Shown one piece after another: positions 8,587-16,515 of a DNA stretch of 28,290 bases. The notes below the pieces were generated by a model. It did no database searches. It was not told where the DNA came from and was given only the letters and a program-made list of their open reading frames with translations. How positions within the stretch are numbered: position 1 is the stretch's first letter; each line of letters begins with the position of its first letter. The DNA is from a virus (lineage: Duplodnaviria > Caudoviricetes): IMG/VR virus record IMGVR_UViG_3300037465_000360, positions 1 through 28,290 of that record. The stretch is one strand, 5' to 3'. The translations under genes and the position numbers were made by a program.

Positions 8587-8931
8587 CGAGCTGCCTCTTC
8601 GTGGAACTTGGTTGCGCCTTCGCGCGGCTGGTCTTTGACCTAACAGATGGCGATGGCGGTCTGGGTCTTGACGACGAGGTAATCCTGTCCGCCGACGCAA
8701 CGTGAAGACCTGTTTCCACGGCTTGGCGAAGCCCGGTTTCTTGGGCGTGTTGCGACCCGCCCGGATATGCTCGTAACACTCGCGGACGGCCTCGACGTGG
8801 TTGTCGCTGCCGCGCGCCTCGCGGTAGAGTTTCCAAACGCGATCTTGCAGCGGCTTGGGCACGAAGGCCCAGCACGACGGGCACGCGAGGTGGTAATCAG
8901 CGGCCTTCTCTTTTCCACAGGAGCATTTCAT
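8583..8931 (-). pseudogene. Zn-finger-like hypothetical protein, apparently frameshifted with an internal stop
   Basis: MKCSCGKEK...CPSCWAFVP...KQVFT, then GC3-rich codons continue in another frame (CVGGQDYLVVKTQTAIAIC*VKDQPREGATKFHEEAAR*), ending in an ATGA overlap with the next ORF. Confidence 0.5.
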
Positions 8932-8956
8932 CCTGGTGCGTTCCTTTCGGATTGGT

Positions 8957-9550
8957 TCAGGCGCTGACCTGCGCGGTTTTGGCGATATCGGCCCCGGCTT
9001 TGAGGTCAAGTTCGATGGTGAAGCTCTCATCTTTTTGGATGGCGAGGCCCATCTCGGTGAAGGTCTCGCGATGATCGGGGAAGGCGGCCTTGATGGCGTC
9101 CTTATCGAGGCTAGGCTTCCAATTCAGGCACTTGTCAGAGAGCGCCTCGTCCTCGTGCTCGATCAGGCGGTCAATCACCGTCGCCTCGGTCACGCCCTTG
9201 ATGGTGGTGAGCTTGCCGGTGCCCTTGTGAAACTTCAGCGTATGGCCGGCGATGGTGACGCTCTGCTTGTCCTCCGGGAAGACCTGCGCGCGGTGCCGCT
9301 CGCAGTAGCTCTGGATGGCGTCCTCGCGCTCCTCTTTGATGGAGGCCATGGCGTCCAGCTTATCGGCGTAGCGTTCTTTCACGACTTGCAGTTCGGCGTT
9401 GAGTTCCTGAGTCAGCGCATTCAGTGCGATGGTGGCGCGCGCGGCGTCATTCAGGGCAATGGCGAGTTCGAGGTCATCTTTGATCAGGACGTGGAGTTTG
9501 GCTGCCTTCGCGGCGGCGATTTTGGCTTTGCGTTTGTCAGTGGTGCTCAT
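8957..9550 (-). CDS. gam: Mu Gam-like host-nuclease inhibitor (DNA end-binding)
   Basis: Coiled N-terminus, then IQSYCERHRAQVF..KQSVTIAGHTLKFHKG and SLDKDAIK...GLAIQKDESFTIE. Lies downstream of MuB. Confidence 0.85.
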   Translation of the reverse strand: MSTTDKRKAKIAAAKAAKLHVLIKDDLELAIALNDAARATIALNALTQELNAELQVVKERYADKLDAMASIKEEREDAIQSYCERHRAQVFPEDKQSVTIAGHTLKFHKGTGKLTTIKGVTEATVIDRLIEHEDEALSDKCLNWKPSLDKDAIKAAFPDHRETFTEMGLAIQKDESFTIELDLKAGADIAKTAQVSA

Positions 9551-9580
9551 ATTTGTGATGGAGGGCGGGGTGTTGGGATG

Positions 9581-9829
9581 TCAGGCGGCGCGGCTGAGGG
9601 GGATGATGTTGGCCCGGCGGGCGAGATCGGCGGCCAGCTCAAGCTGGCGGCGCGCGATCTCCTCGCGGACGTGGGTGATGTCGCCACTGAAGGCGGCCAT
9701 GGCGGTGGCCACATCGTCGAGCGAGTAGTGCTGCATGGCGGTGATCAGGGCGTTGAGCAGTGATTGCCGGAGCTGGGATGCCGGCGTGGTGGTGCGATCT
9801 GGATCGGGGAGTTGCAGGAGGATGGTCAT
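9581..9829 (-). CDS. Hypothetical phage protein
   Basis: Likely start MTILLQL at 9829; fills the gap between MuB and gam. Confidence 0.6.
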   Translation of the reverse strand: MTILLQLPDPDRTTTPASQLRQSLLNALITAMQHYSLDDVATAMAAFSGDITHVREEIARRQLELAADLARRANIIPLSRAA

Positions 9830-9852
9830 GATGCTTGGGGGGTGGTGGAGGA

Positions 9853-10863
9853 TCAGGCGGCGATCTGCGGTTTGCGGTCGCGCCATTCGGCGTCGGTGGA
9901 CTTGGTGATGAGGTCGAGCGTTACGGTTTTGCGGCTTTGCTCGATGCGCGTGATGACCTCGCGGACGAACGCGAGATTGCCGCGCTCGCGCGCCTTGGCG
10001 GTAATGAGTCGCGCGGCCTCCTCGCTGTCGCCATTCAGGGCGGGCAGTTGTTTTTGGAGAAGGAAAAGAACATCGCCCTCCGTTGGCTTCGCGAGCCGAA
10101 TCCGCGCCAGGAGGCGGTTCTCCATGAGTTGGGAGAGATCGTCGTAGTTCTCGCGCTCCAGGGTGCGGAAGAGCTGCGGATGCGCCAGCAAGACGAACTC
10201 GGCGCTCGTCTCATTGATAAGCGTTTTAACCGCGCGCAGGCACATCGGGCCGAAGTCATGCGTCTCGTCGAGGATGCAGCAGCGGCGCGCCTGGCGCAGA
10301 ATCTTGATCACGCGTTCCATCTTAGTGAACTGGCTGCGGCTGGTGTCCAGCTCGCCTAGTGATTCGAGTATTTTCGAGAAGAGGGCGCTCGGGCGGTCCT
10401 TCCAGCCGACCGTGCCCTCGATGCGCACCACACGGCGCGGGGTGGGATTGCTGGAGTAGATGCGCTCGACGACTTTCGCCGCGCAAGTTTTGCCCGTGGC
10501 GCTTTCGCCCTCGATGACGAGGAGGCGCGCGGCGGACTTGCTGAGCACGAGACGTGTGATCTGCTTGCGCACGCGCATGGTCGCGGGGAAGTCCTCATAA
10601 AGAGTCTCGGTTTCCTGCTCGCCGGAGAAGATGAGGTGATAGACCGCGCGGTAGTTCACGAGGTGCCGACCCACGTCCAGCTCCTCGGTGTGGCCGTCGA
10701 GGATGGACTTGAACGTCTTATCACTCCCGAGGCCGTCCTTGGCGTGACGCCGCATCAGCTCGGCCGTGCTGATTTCGTTGCTCTCTGCATACTCGCGGAT
10801 CATCGTGGCCAGGGAGTGAAGCTCCTCGGCGGGATTGGTGGTGGTGGGTGCTTGGGTGCTCAT
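9853..10863 (-). CDS. MuB-like AAA+ transposition ATPase
   Basis: Likely start MSTQAPT at 10863. Walker A GESATGKT, Walker B CILDETH, C-terminal GNLAFV. Confidence 0.9.
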   Translation of the reverse strand: MSTQAPTTTNPAEELHSLATMIREYAESNEISTAELMRRHAKDGLGSDKTFKSILDGHTEELDVGRHLVNYRAVYHLIFSGEQETETLYEDFPATMRVRKQITRLVLSKSAARLLVIEGESATGKTCAAKVVERIYSSNPTPRRVVRIEGTVGWKDRPSALFSKILESLGELDTSRSQFTKMERVIKILRQARRCCILDETHDFGPMCLRAVKTLINETSAEFVLLAHPQLFRTLERENYDDLSQLMENRLLARIRLAKPTEGDVLFLLQKQLPALNGDSEEAARLITAKARERGNLAFVREVITRIEQSRKTVTLDLITKSTDAEWRDRKPQIAA

Positions 10864-10906
10864 GGGGGTTGGGTTCAATGTTCTGGGTTCGGGGTTCGGG
10901 GATTCA
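10864..10906 (-). repeat. Heptamer tandem array upstream of MuB
   Basis: Minus strand TGAATCC CCGAACC CCGAACC CAGAACA TTGAACC, starting at the upstream stop codon. Confidence 0.7.
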
Positions 10907-11155
10907 GCCGTGGATGGTTTCGACCGGCGCTTGATTGGCCTCGTCGCCGATGAGCTGGATGGCGCGCAGTTGCGAGGCGCTGGCTTGGGCGAGGGCGGAG
11001 AGCGCCCGGCCCACCTCCTCGGGGCGGACTTGGACGATGGTGGCGCCATCGCCGTGCTGGTTCAACCACACGTCGAGGCCGCCGACTTCGCTGGCCTCGG
11101 TGTAAAGGATGTTGGTGCTTTCGACAAAGATGTCATTGGTCAATCGTATGATCAT
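10904..11155 (-). CDS. Hypothetical phage protein (83 aa)
   Basis: Co-oriented ORF between MuA and MuB with plausible composition. Confidence 0.6.
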   Translation of the reverse strand: MIIRLTNDIFVESTNILYTEASEVGGLDVWLNQHGDGATIVQVRPEEVGRALSALAQASASQLRAIQLIGDEANQAPVETIHG

Positions 11156-11199
11156 GGGTGGATGCGTTGGGTGTTGAGGTTGTGGGATGGCACGGGGAT

Positions 11200-11580
11200 T
11201 CAGGCGTCACGCTGCACGGACTTGGCGGCGCGGGGGGCTTTCTTCAAAAGAAAGGCGTTCCTTCCCCAGCGAGGCACCACGACGCCTTTGAGCGCGGCGA
11301 GGTCGCGAAGGCGCTTGCTGAAGCGTTGACGGGTCGCGCGCTTCGGTAATCCTGCGGCGATGCGAAGCTCGATCTCCGGGACGTTGAGCAGCGCGTGCGC
11401 GAGCCGTGCCTTTTGATACCAATGGGCGGCGCTCTCGGCGGGATCGAGAAGCTTCAACGCGGCATGATGGGGCCGCGCATCCGCAATGGTGCGCGCGAGG
11501 TTGTGTCCCGGTTTGGCCGGCGGATTCTCGATCAGATCAATCAAGTCGGCGATGGTGAGTTCGTTCAGTGGTTTGCTCAT
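11200..11580 (-). CDS. Hypothetical phage protein (126 aa)
   Basis: Starts 11 nt after the MuA stop; basic C-terminus. Confidence 0.6.
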   Translation of the reverse strand: MSKPLNELTIADLIDLIENPPAKPGHNLARTIADARPHHAALKLLDPAESAAHWYQKARLAHALLNVPEIELRIAAGLPKRATRQRFSKRLRDLAALKGVVVPRWGRNAFLLKKAPRAAKSVQRDA

Positions 11581-11591
11581 GGAGGAATGCT

Positions 11592-13415
11592 TCAGGCGTG
11601 GATCAGGCCGCCACGGGCGGCGCGTGATTCGAGGGCCAGCCAGTCGTCGTCGGCGTCGTCTGCTGGCGTGTTGATGTGGCGGGGGGATGGGATCTCGCGA
11701 TCAGCGGCGGGGAAGTCACGACCGGGGTCACTGCCCCCGGCTACAGCGCCACCGGCCACAGAGTTGCGCAGGGCGTTGCCGAGGCCGTCCGCCGCGAAGC
11801 TTTTCCGCGCGCCTCCGGGCACGATGGCGCGGAAGACGCGGCGCACCTGGGCGCGGTGGGCGCGCTGGCCCTCGCTGCCGCCCGCCTGGCCGCCGATCAC
11901 GACCTGGGCGACCTCGGGCATCCACTCCGCCACGCCGATGAACTGAGCGAAGCCGAAGCCCTCGCGGTTGCGCGCGCTGGTGTCCGCGTTGAAGACGTGG
12001 CAGCCGTCCTCCGCACGTGAAGGTGAAAACGCAATGAGCACCTCATGACCGTGCTCCAATAGCACATCGGGGAAGCGATTCGAGCCGCTGCACCGGAAGC
12101 GAAAGCTCACGGGCCAGTGTTTGACCTTCACCTCAATCGCGCCCTTCTTGATGCTAGCGCGCTGCTTGATCGCGCAGAAGCGCCAGCGCTCGCGCGCGGG
12201 GCATTCACGCTTCACCTGGGCGGCCCACAGATCACGAGGCACCAGGAATTTATTGCCATGACTCCGGCGCTGGTGCGCGGTGGCGTTGTAGAGATCGAGC
12301 GACGCCATCACGCTGGCCGCGCTCTCTTCGATGCTCCAGAATTTCCTCAGTGCGCCATCATCGCCGCGATGAGCGGCGAGCATGAGCTTCGTCGCCTGCT
12401 CAAATTGTCCGCGCGTGCGGCCAATGCTCAGCGCCTCGCCCGCGCGACCGTGCGCGCGGAGTCGCTGCGCAAAGTTGAACGCGCCTTCGATGTTCCCTTT
12501 TTGCCGTGACAAATGACAGACTTGAAGATGCACGATGTCTTCCAGGCTTCCCCAGCGTTTGCCCTCCTGGTCGATCTCGATGCCGTAAATAAAGTTGTTG
12601 TCCCAGCGACCGCGCTCAATGCGCCACACTAGCGGCAATCCATATTGATCGACGATGTCCGCGAAGTGATCCGCGATGTCCTCCGCGCGATACGCATCGC
12701 GGGCGCGGCCAATGTGGGAAAATCCCAGCCAGTAGTGGGAGAACACGTCCATCGTCTTCAGCGACTGGCGTCCGAGCTTCTCCTCGCCCGTGGCCGGGTC
12801 GGTGTAGCGGAAAGGCTCGTTCTCCGACTCGTCATCGGACTCAAAGATCGCGCCGGCGTAGAACGGGATCTTCTCGCCATCAATGATCATGAAATTCCCG
12901 CGTCGCTCCGTAACCTCATGGCTGAGGAAGGCGCGCGGGCCTTCAAACAGTGCGCGCACCTCGGGAGATACACGCGCGGCGCGCTTCAGCGATAGCGGCC
13001 ACTGCGGGCGCTGATGACGCGCCAGCGCGGCGCTCCAGCGCTCCTTGATGAAGGTGATGATCTCCGCGCGCGGCGGCGTGCCGGGGCGTTCGGTGCTGAT
13101 GATCTCCTCATCGCTGATCCATTCCTTCAGCGCGGCGGGGAGCGATCCTTCACGGATCAGCATCCAGTATTGGAGGCGCAGTTGCTCGTCAGGCGTGAGA
13201 GTGAGGATGGGCTTGCGACCGCGCTTGGCGGGTGCGCTCGGCGCGGTCACGGGTGCGGGCTCACGACTTGGAAAACTCGCGCTACGATTCAGGAGGCGGT
13301 AAAACGTCGCGTGCGAGATGCCGACCTCCGCGCAGGCCCGGCGCGCCGGTGTCCCGGCGTTGACGAGTTGCTGCACACAGGCGAGCTGGAGGTGACGTTG
13401 GGCGGCGGTGATCAT
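11592..13415 (-). CDS. MuA-like DDE transposase
   Basis: N-terminal HTH (RRACAEVGISHATFYRL). RNase H-like core FESDD...MDVFSHYWLG...WRIERGRW...QKGNIEGAFN. C-terminal beta-rich region; upstream of MuB. Confidence 0.88.
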   Translation of the reverse strand: MITAAQRHLQLACVQQLVNAGTPARRACAEVGISHATFYRLLNRSASFPSREPAPVTAPSAPAKRGRKPILTLTPDEQLRLQYWMLIREGSLPAALKEWISDEEIISTERPGTPPRAEIITFIKERWSAALARHQRPQWPLSLKRAARVSPEVRALFEGPRAFLSHEVTERRGNFMIIDGEKIPFYAGAIFESDDESENEPFRYTDPATGEEKLGRQSLKTMDVFSHYWLGFSHIGRARDAYRAEDIADHFADIVDQYGLPLVWRIERGRWDNNFIYGIEIDQEGKRWGSLEDIVHLQVCHLSRQKGNIEGAFNFAQRLRAHGRAGEALSIGRTRGQFEQATKLMLAAHRGDDGALRKFWSIEESAASVMASLDLYNATAHQRRSHGNKFLVPRDLWAAQVKRECPARERWRFCAIKQRASIKKGAIEVKVKHWPVSFRFRCSGSNRFPDVLLEHGHEVLIAFSPSRAEDGCHVFNADTSARNREGFGFAQFIGVAEWMPEVAQVVIGGQAGGSEGQRAHRAQVRRVFRAIVPGGARKSFAADGLGNALRNSVAGGAVAGGSDPGRDFPAADREIPSPRHINTPADDADDDWLALESRAARGGLIHA

Positions 13416-13448
13416 GAGGGCGGCGTGGCGGTGGGTGTGGACTGACGC

Positions 13449-13607
13449 TCACAGGTCGAGGCAAATCTGGCGGCAGCTCCGCGCGCGGAGGCGCAGATGG
13501 GCGCGACGGCGGTCACGGAACCACAGCGCCAGCAGGCGTGTGGCGGTGTAACCGGCGAACGCGCCGAGGCTGAAGATGAGGAGGGTGGTGGTGACGGGCA
13601 GGCTCAT
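13449..13607 (-). CDS. Small membrane protein (52 aa)
   Basis: MSLPVTTTLLIFSLGAFAGYTATRLLALWFRDRRR: hydrophobic segment then basic tail. ATGA overlap with the upstream ORF. Confidence 0.55.
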   Translation of the reverse strand: MSLPVTTTLLIFSLGAFAGYTATRLLALWFRDRRRAHLRLRARSCRQICLDL

Positions 13608-13969
13608 GGGTGCGATGCGGGTTCGGGGTTCGGGTTGGTGCTTGCGGGGACGGGATCGTTTTGCCCGCTGTCCTCTTCCCAGATCGAGATCAGGGCGGAG
13701 AGCTTCATGCCCAGGCTGAGCGCGATGCGGTGCATGACGGGGATGCCGTGGGTGCTGCGCTCGTTCAGCTCGATGTAATGCAGCGAGCTGCGCTGGATGA
13801 CGCACGCGGCGGCCATCTCAAAGAGCGAGAGATTCTGCTCCTGACGCAGGCGCTGGATCACACCGCCCAGCGTGCCTTTCATCGGCAATCGCTTCGTGCG
13901 CCGCGCCTCCAGGATGCGCATCTGCGCCTCCACCTCGGCCACGGTGCTGAGTTGTGACGCCTCTTTCAT
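13604..13969 (-). CDS. XRE-family HTH protein
   Basis: LGGVIQRLRQEQNLSLFEMAAACVIQRSSLHYIELNERS...RIALSLGMKLSAL. Confidence 0.8.
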   Translation of the reverse strand: MKEASQLSTVAEVEAQMRILEARRTKRLPMKGTLGGVIQRLRQEQNLSLFEMAAACVIQRSSLHYIELNERSTHGIPVMHRIALSLGMKLSALISIWEEDSGQNDPVPASTNPNPEPASHP

Positions 13970-14841
13970 TCCTCGTCGGTGATGCTGGTGATGGCCTCCG
14001 CCAGCATGAGGCGGAACTCCGGGTGTACTTCATTGGCGAGCCAGCGCTCCGTGAGCGTGCGCGCCTTCTGGCGCTCGGCATCGTCCCACTTGGTGAACTG
14101 TTTGCTAAAGCGGCTGATCGTGCCGAAGGGCGCGGTGAGACCCTGAAAGCCGATGATCTTCTTCGCGCCCTTGGTGGACCGCCCTCCCTCTATCCCGGCG
14201 ATCACGCCGCCGAGACCGTGACCGGCCCAGAGGGAGGGCTCGTACTGCTCGCGCAAGGCCTCGGCCTCGATCTTCGCTGCCTCATCCGCGCCCGGCGCGG
14301 CGTGGAAGGTGCGGTAAAGCTGCATGGCCTGCTCCAGCGTGCGGAGGCCGAGGCCGTATTGCGCGGCGAGACCCTCCGCATTCAGTGCGGAGGGTTGCCC
14401 GGCCTTCTCGCGCTGCGCGGCGTGGTGCACGATCTCCGGGTGCATGATGACGGCAAAGTAAGCCTTCATTCCCTGAGTCCAGTTGCGCCGCGCGATGACC
14501 GTGGCCTCGATGATCTTGCGCGCTTGCTTCTCCGTAACTACCTCCACCGGCACGCTCGCGAGATGATGCACCTTCGCCGCACACAGGCGGTGGCGTCCAT
14601 CACAAGCGAGGTATTGGACTTCCGCGTTTCCACGAAAAAGAGTGACCTTGATCGGCTCCAGAACGCCATTCTCTTTGACGTTCTCCGAGAACGCGCGCCA
14701 CTCCGTGGCGAGGTCGGCACCTTCCGCACGCACCTCCGCTTTTGGCGATTGCGCGAGACGCTCTGCCAGCGCCGTCATGAGAGGGACACCAGCCAGCGCC
14801 GGGTGCAGCCCGATCTGCGAGGGTGAGACGCGCGTGATCAT
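13966..14841 (-). CDS. ParB/Srx N-terminal-domain protein
   Basis: NVKENGVLEPIKV and LACDGRHRLCAA (GxxRxxA motif), IARRNWT, and a putative HTH GLAAQYGLGLRTLEQAMQL. Confidence 0.85.
   Translation of the reverse strand: MITRVSPSQIGLHPALAGVPLMTALAERLAQSPKAEVRAEGADLATEWRAFSENVKENGVLEPIKVTLFRGNAEVQYLACDGRHRLCAAKVHHLASVPVEVVTEKQARKIIEATVIARRNWTQGMKAYFAVIMHPEIVHHAAQREKAGQPSALNAEGLAAQYGLGLRTLEQAMQLYRTFHAAPGADEAAKIEAEALREQYEPSLWAGHGLGGVIAGIEGGRSTKGAKKIIGFQGLTAPFGTISRFSKQFTKWDDAERQKARTLTERWLANEVHPEFRLMLAEAITSITDEE
14371..14396. repeat. 26-bp palindromic site, copy 1 (inside the ParB-like gene)
   Basis: ACCCTCCGCA-TTCAG-TGCGGAGGGT-T: perfect 10-bp inverted arms; identical to 15541-15566. Confidence 0.95.
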
Positions 14842-15071
14842 TCCCCGGCCTCCTTTGTTAAGGTATTCTGCATGAGAGCGGCAAAGGTGAGCTGGCTGGC
14901 CTCTGCCTGCTGCATCAGGCGCGCGGCGGCGGCGGCTTGCTCGCTGAGCTTTTGATCATGCACAGCCCACGCGGAGGCGATTCCATAGTAGGCATCTGCT
15001 CGCTGCGGGAGCGGGAGAGCATTCACCGCCGGCATGGCGATCTCGATGAAGTAGGCCAGTTCTTTTTTCAT
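14838..15071 (-). CDS. Hypothetical phage protein (77 aa)
   Basis: Likely start MKKELAY at 15071; ATGA overlaps on both sides. Confidence 0.65.
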   Translation of the reverse strand: MKKELAYFIEIAMPAVNALPLPQRADAYYGIASAWAVHDQKLSEQAAAAARLMQQAEASQLTFAALMQNTLTKEAGE

Positions 15072-15265
15072 TCGGCAAGTTTCAGCAGTTTGGTGATGCG
15101 CTCCTTGGTGCGCGGAAGTTCGTCGTCTTCGTTGATCGCCCGCGAGACGGTGATGCGGGCCAGATTCAGCTTGCGAGCCAGCTCCGTGATCGTCCAACCA
15201 CGCAAGGCCAGTGCGGCTTTGGCACGGTTGCGAAATGGTAATTGAGTTGACACGGACTTACTCAC
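15068..15265 (-). CDS. Ner/Cro-like HTH regulator
   Basis: AKAALALRGWTITELARKLNLARITVSRAIN; first gene of the early operon, divergent from the repressor. Confidence 0.8.
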   Translation of the reverse strand: MSKSVSTQLPFRNRAKAALALRGWTITELARKLNLARITVSRAINEDDELPRTKERITKLLKLAE

Positions 15266-15275
15266 AGAGTATTAA
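15247..15275 (+). promoter_or_regulatory. Putative rightward (repressor) promoter
   Basis: TTGACA (15247-15252), 17 nt, TATTAA (15270-15275). The -10 is imperfect. Confidence 0.35.
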
Positions 15276-15293
15276 ATTGAATATGTGCAGGTG

Positions 15294-15321
15294 ATTATGC
15301 AAAACCAGTGAGCAGTGTCAA
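15294..15321 (-). promoter_or_regulatory. Putative leftward early (lytic) promoter
   Basis: Minus strand TTGACA (15321-15316), 16 nt, CATAAT (15299-15294), in the AT-rich switch region. Confidence 0.6.
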
Positions 15322-15328
15322 ATAAAAA

Positions 15329-16273
15329 ATGTCAACCAATGAGACTTTTGGTGATAAAGTGTTGAGTTTCCGACGCAGATCGGGACTCACTCAGGCAGAA
15401 TTTGCTCCACAGCTTGGCATATCGCGAAATTATCTATCAATGATTGAGAGCGGGCGGGAGCCTTCGGAATCACTGGTGACGCTGTTCAACCTGATCGCCG
15501 AGAAGCACGAAAACGAGACGGCGCGCCGTGCCGGCGCACCACCCTCCGCATTCAGTGCGGAGGGTTCCGAAAACAGGCTCACTGAGGAACCAACCCTCTA
15601 CGGCGCGCGGTTTTTTTTGAAGGCGGCGCGGGAGAAGGCGGGTCTCAGCCTCGCAGATCTGGCGAAGCGTGTCGGTTACAGCGTCGCGACGTATCGCGAG
15701 ATCGAGGACGGTCGCGCGCAAATGGGCGAGAAGATGGCGCGCAAGATCGCCGCTGTGCTCGATGTGGAGGCCGCCGATCTGATGAATGGCGGGGATCATC
15801 CACCGGAGAATGGCGCGCTGCGCGGCACGTTTGGCGCGGAGCCGTCCGTGGCGATGGGGCCGGGCATGGAGGGGCACAAGGCGAAGTTTGTCCCGCTGCT
15901 GTCCATGGCCCAGGCGGGGACGAATGCCGCCTGGACCACGGAAGGCTATGCGCGGGAGGGATTCCTCTCATTTGATCCGAAGGATCGCGATGCCTTCGCC
16001 GTGACGCTGGCCGGTGATAGCATGTCACCCATTTACACACCGGGCGATGTGGCGCTGGTGTATCCGAACCACGCGCCACGCAATGGCGATCTGGTGATCG
16101 CCGTGCTGGATGACGATCACGGCGCGGATGTGATGTTCAAGATTTATTCCCCGAGTGGACAGCGCGTGACACTCAGCAGTTACAATCCCGCGTATCCGCC
16201 GATGGAGTTCCCGCGCAGCGCGTTCAGGAGCTTGTTTCCAGTCGTGGCGGTGACGAAAGTGTTGAGGAGGTAG
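15329..16273 (+). CDS. CI-like repressor with two tandem XRE HTH domains and an S24 peptidase domain
   Basis: HTH1 RRRSGLTQAEFAPQLGISRNYLSMIESG; HTH2 REKAGLSLADLAKRVGYSVATYREIEDG; VPLLSMAQAG (Ala-Gly site), GDSM (Ser), MFKIY (Lys), LSSYNPAYPP. Confidence 0.92.
   Translation: MSTNETFGDKVLSFRRRSGLTQAEFAPQLGISRNYLSMIESGREPSESLVTLFNLIAEKHENETARRAGAPPSAFSAEGSENRLTEEPTLYGARFFLKAAREKAGLSLADLAKRVGYSVATYREIEDGRAQMGEKMARKIAAVLDVEAADLMNGGDHPPENGALRGTFGAEPSVAMGPGMEGHKAKFVPLLSMAQAGTNAAWTTEGYAREGFLSFDPKDRDAFAVTLAGDSMSPIYTPGDVALVYPNHAPRNGDLVIAVLDDDHGADVMFKIYSPSGQRVTLSSYNPAYPPMEFPRSAFRSLFPVVAVTKVLRR
15541..15566. repeat. 26-bp palindromic site, copy 2 (inside the repressor gene)
   Basis: Identical to 14371-14396, 1170 bp away; encodes part of the inter-HTH linker. 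Confidence 0.95.
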
Positions 16274-16278
16274 CGCGC

Positions 16279-16515
16279 GTGAAGCTCATCGCTGTCATCA
16301 CCCTGCTCGCGGCTCTGGCCGGTGCCTCGCTGTGGCGGCTGTCCGCCACGCCGGAGCCTGGATGTTGCGCGCCGGACGCGCTGGCGGTGTGCCAGCCCTA
16401 CGCGGAGAAATGCCCGGCCTGCACGGATTGCAGCGCGGCCATCACTGCTCGAATCTGGGCGGGAAGTGCAGTGTGTTTTTCAAAACCCCTCCCCCCATCG
16501 AAACCAAAACCATGA
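16279..16515 (+). CDS. Small secreted/membrane Cys-rich protein, possibly with two compensating frameshifts
   Basis: Signal-like MKLIAVITLLAALAGA, then CC...CPACTDCS. An alternative frame continues HHCSNLGGKCSV. Confidence 0.55.
   Translation: MKLIAVITLLAALAGASLWRLSATPEPGCCAPDALAVCQPYAEKCPACTDCSAAITARIWAGSAVCFSKPLPPSKPKP

Noticed and set aside
530-13415. Cas9-guided Mu transposon (type II CAST-like system)
   Set aside because: Cas9 retains its nuclease residues, converges on the phage genes and sits next to a host gene. No guide array or TniQ-like gene is seen. Insertion into cas9 is the simpler explanation.
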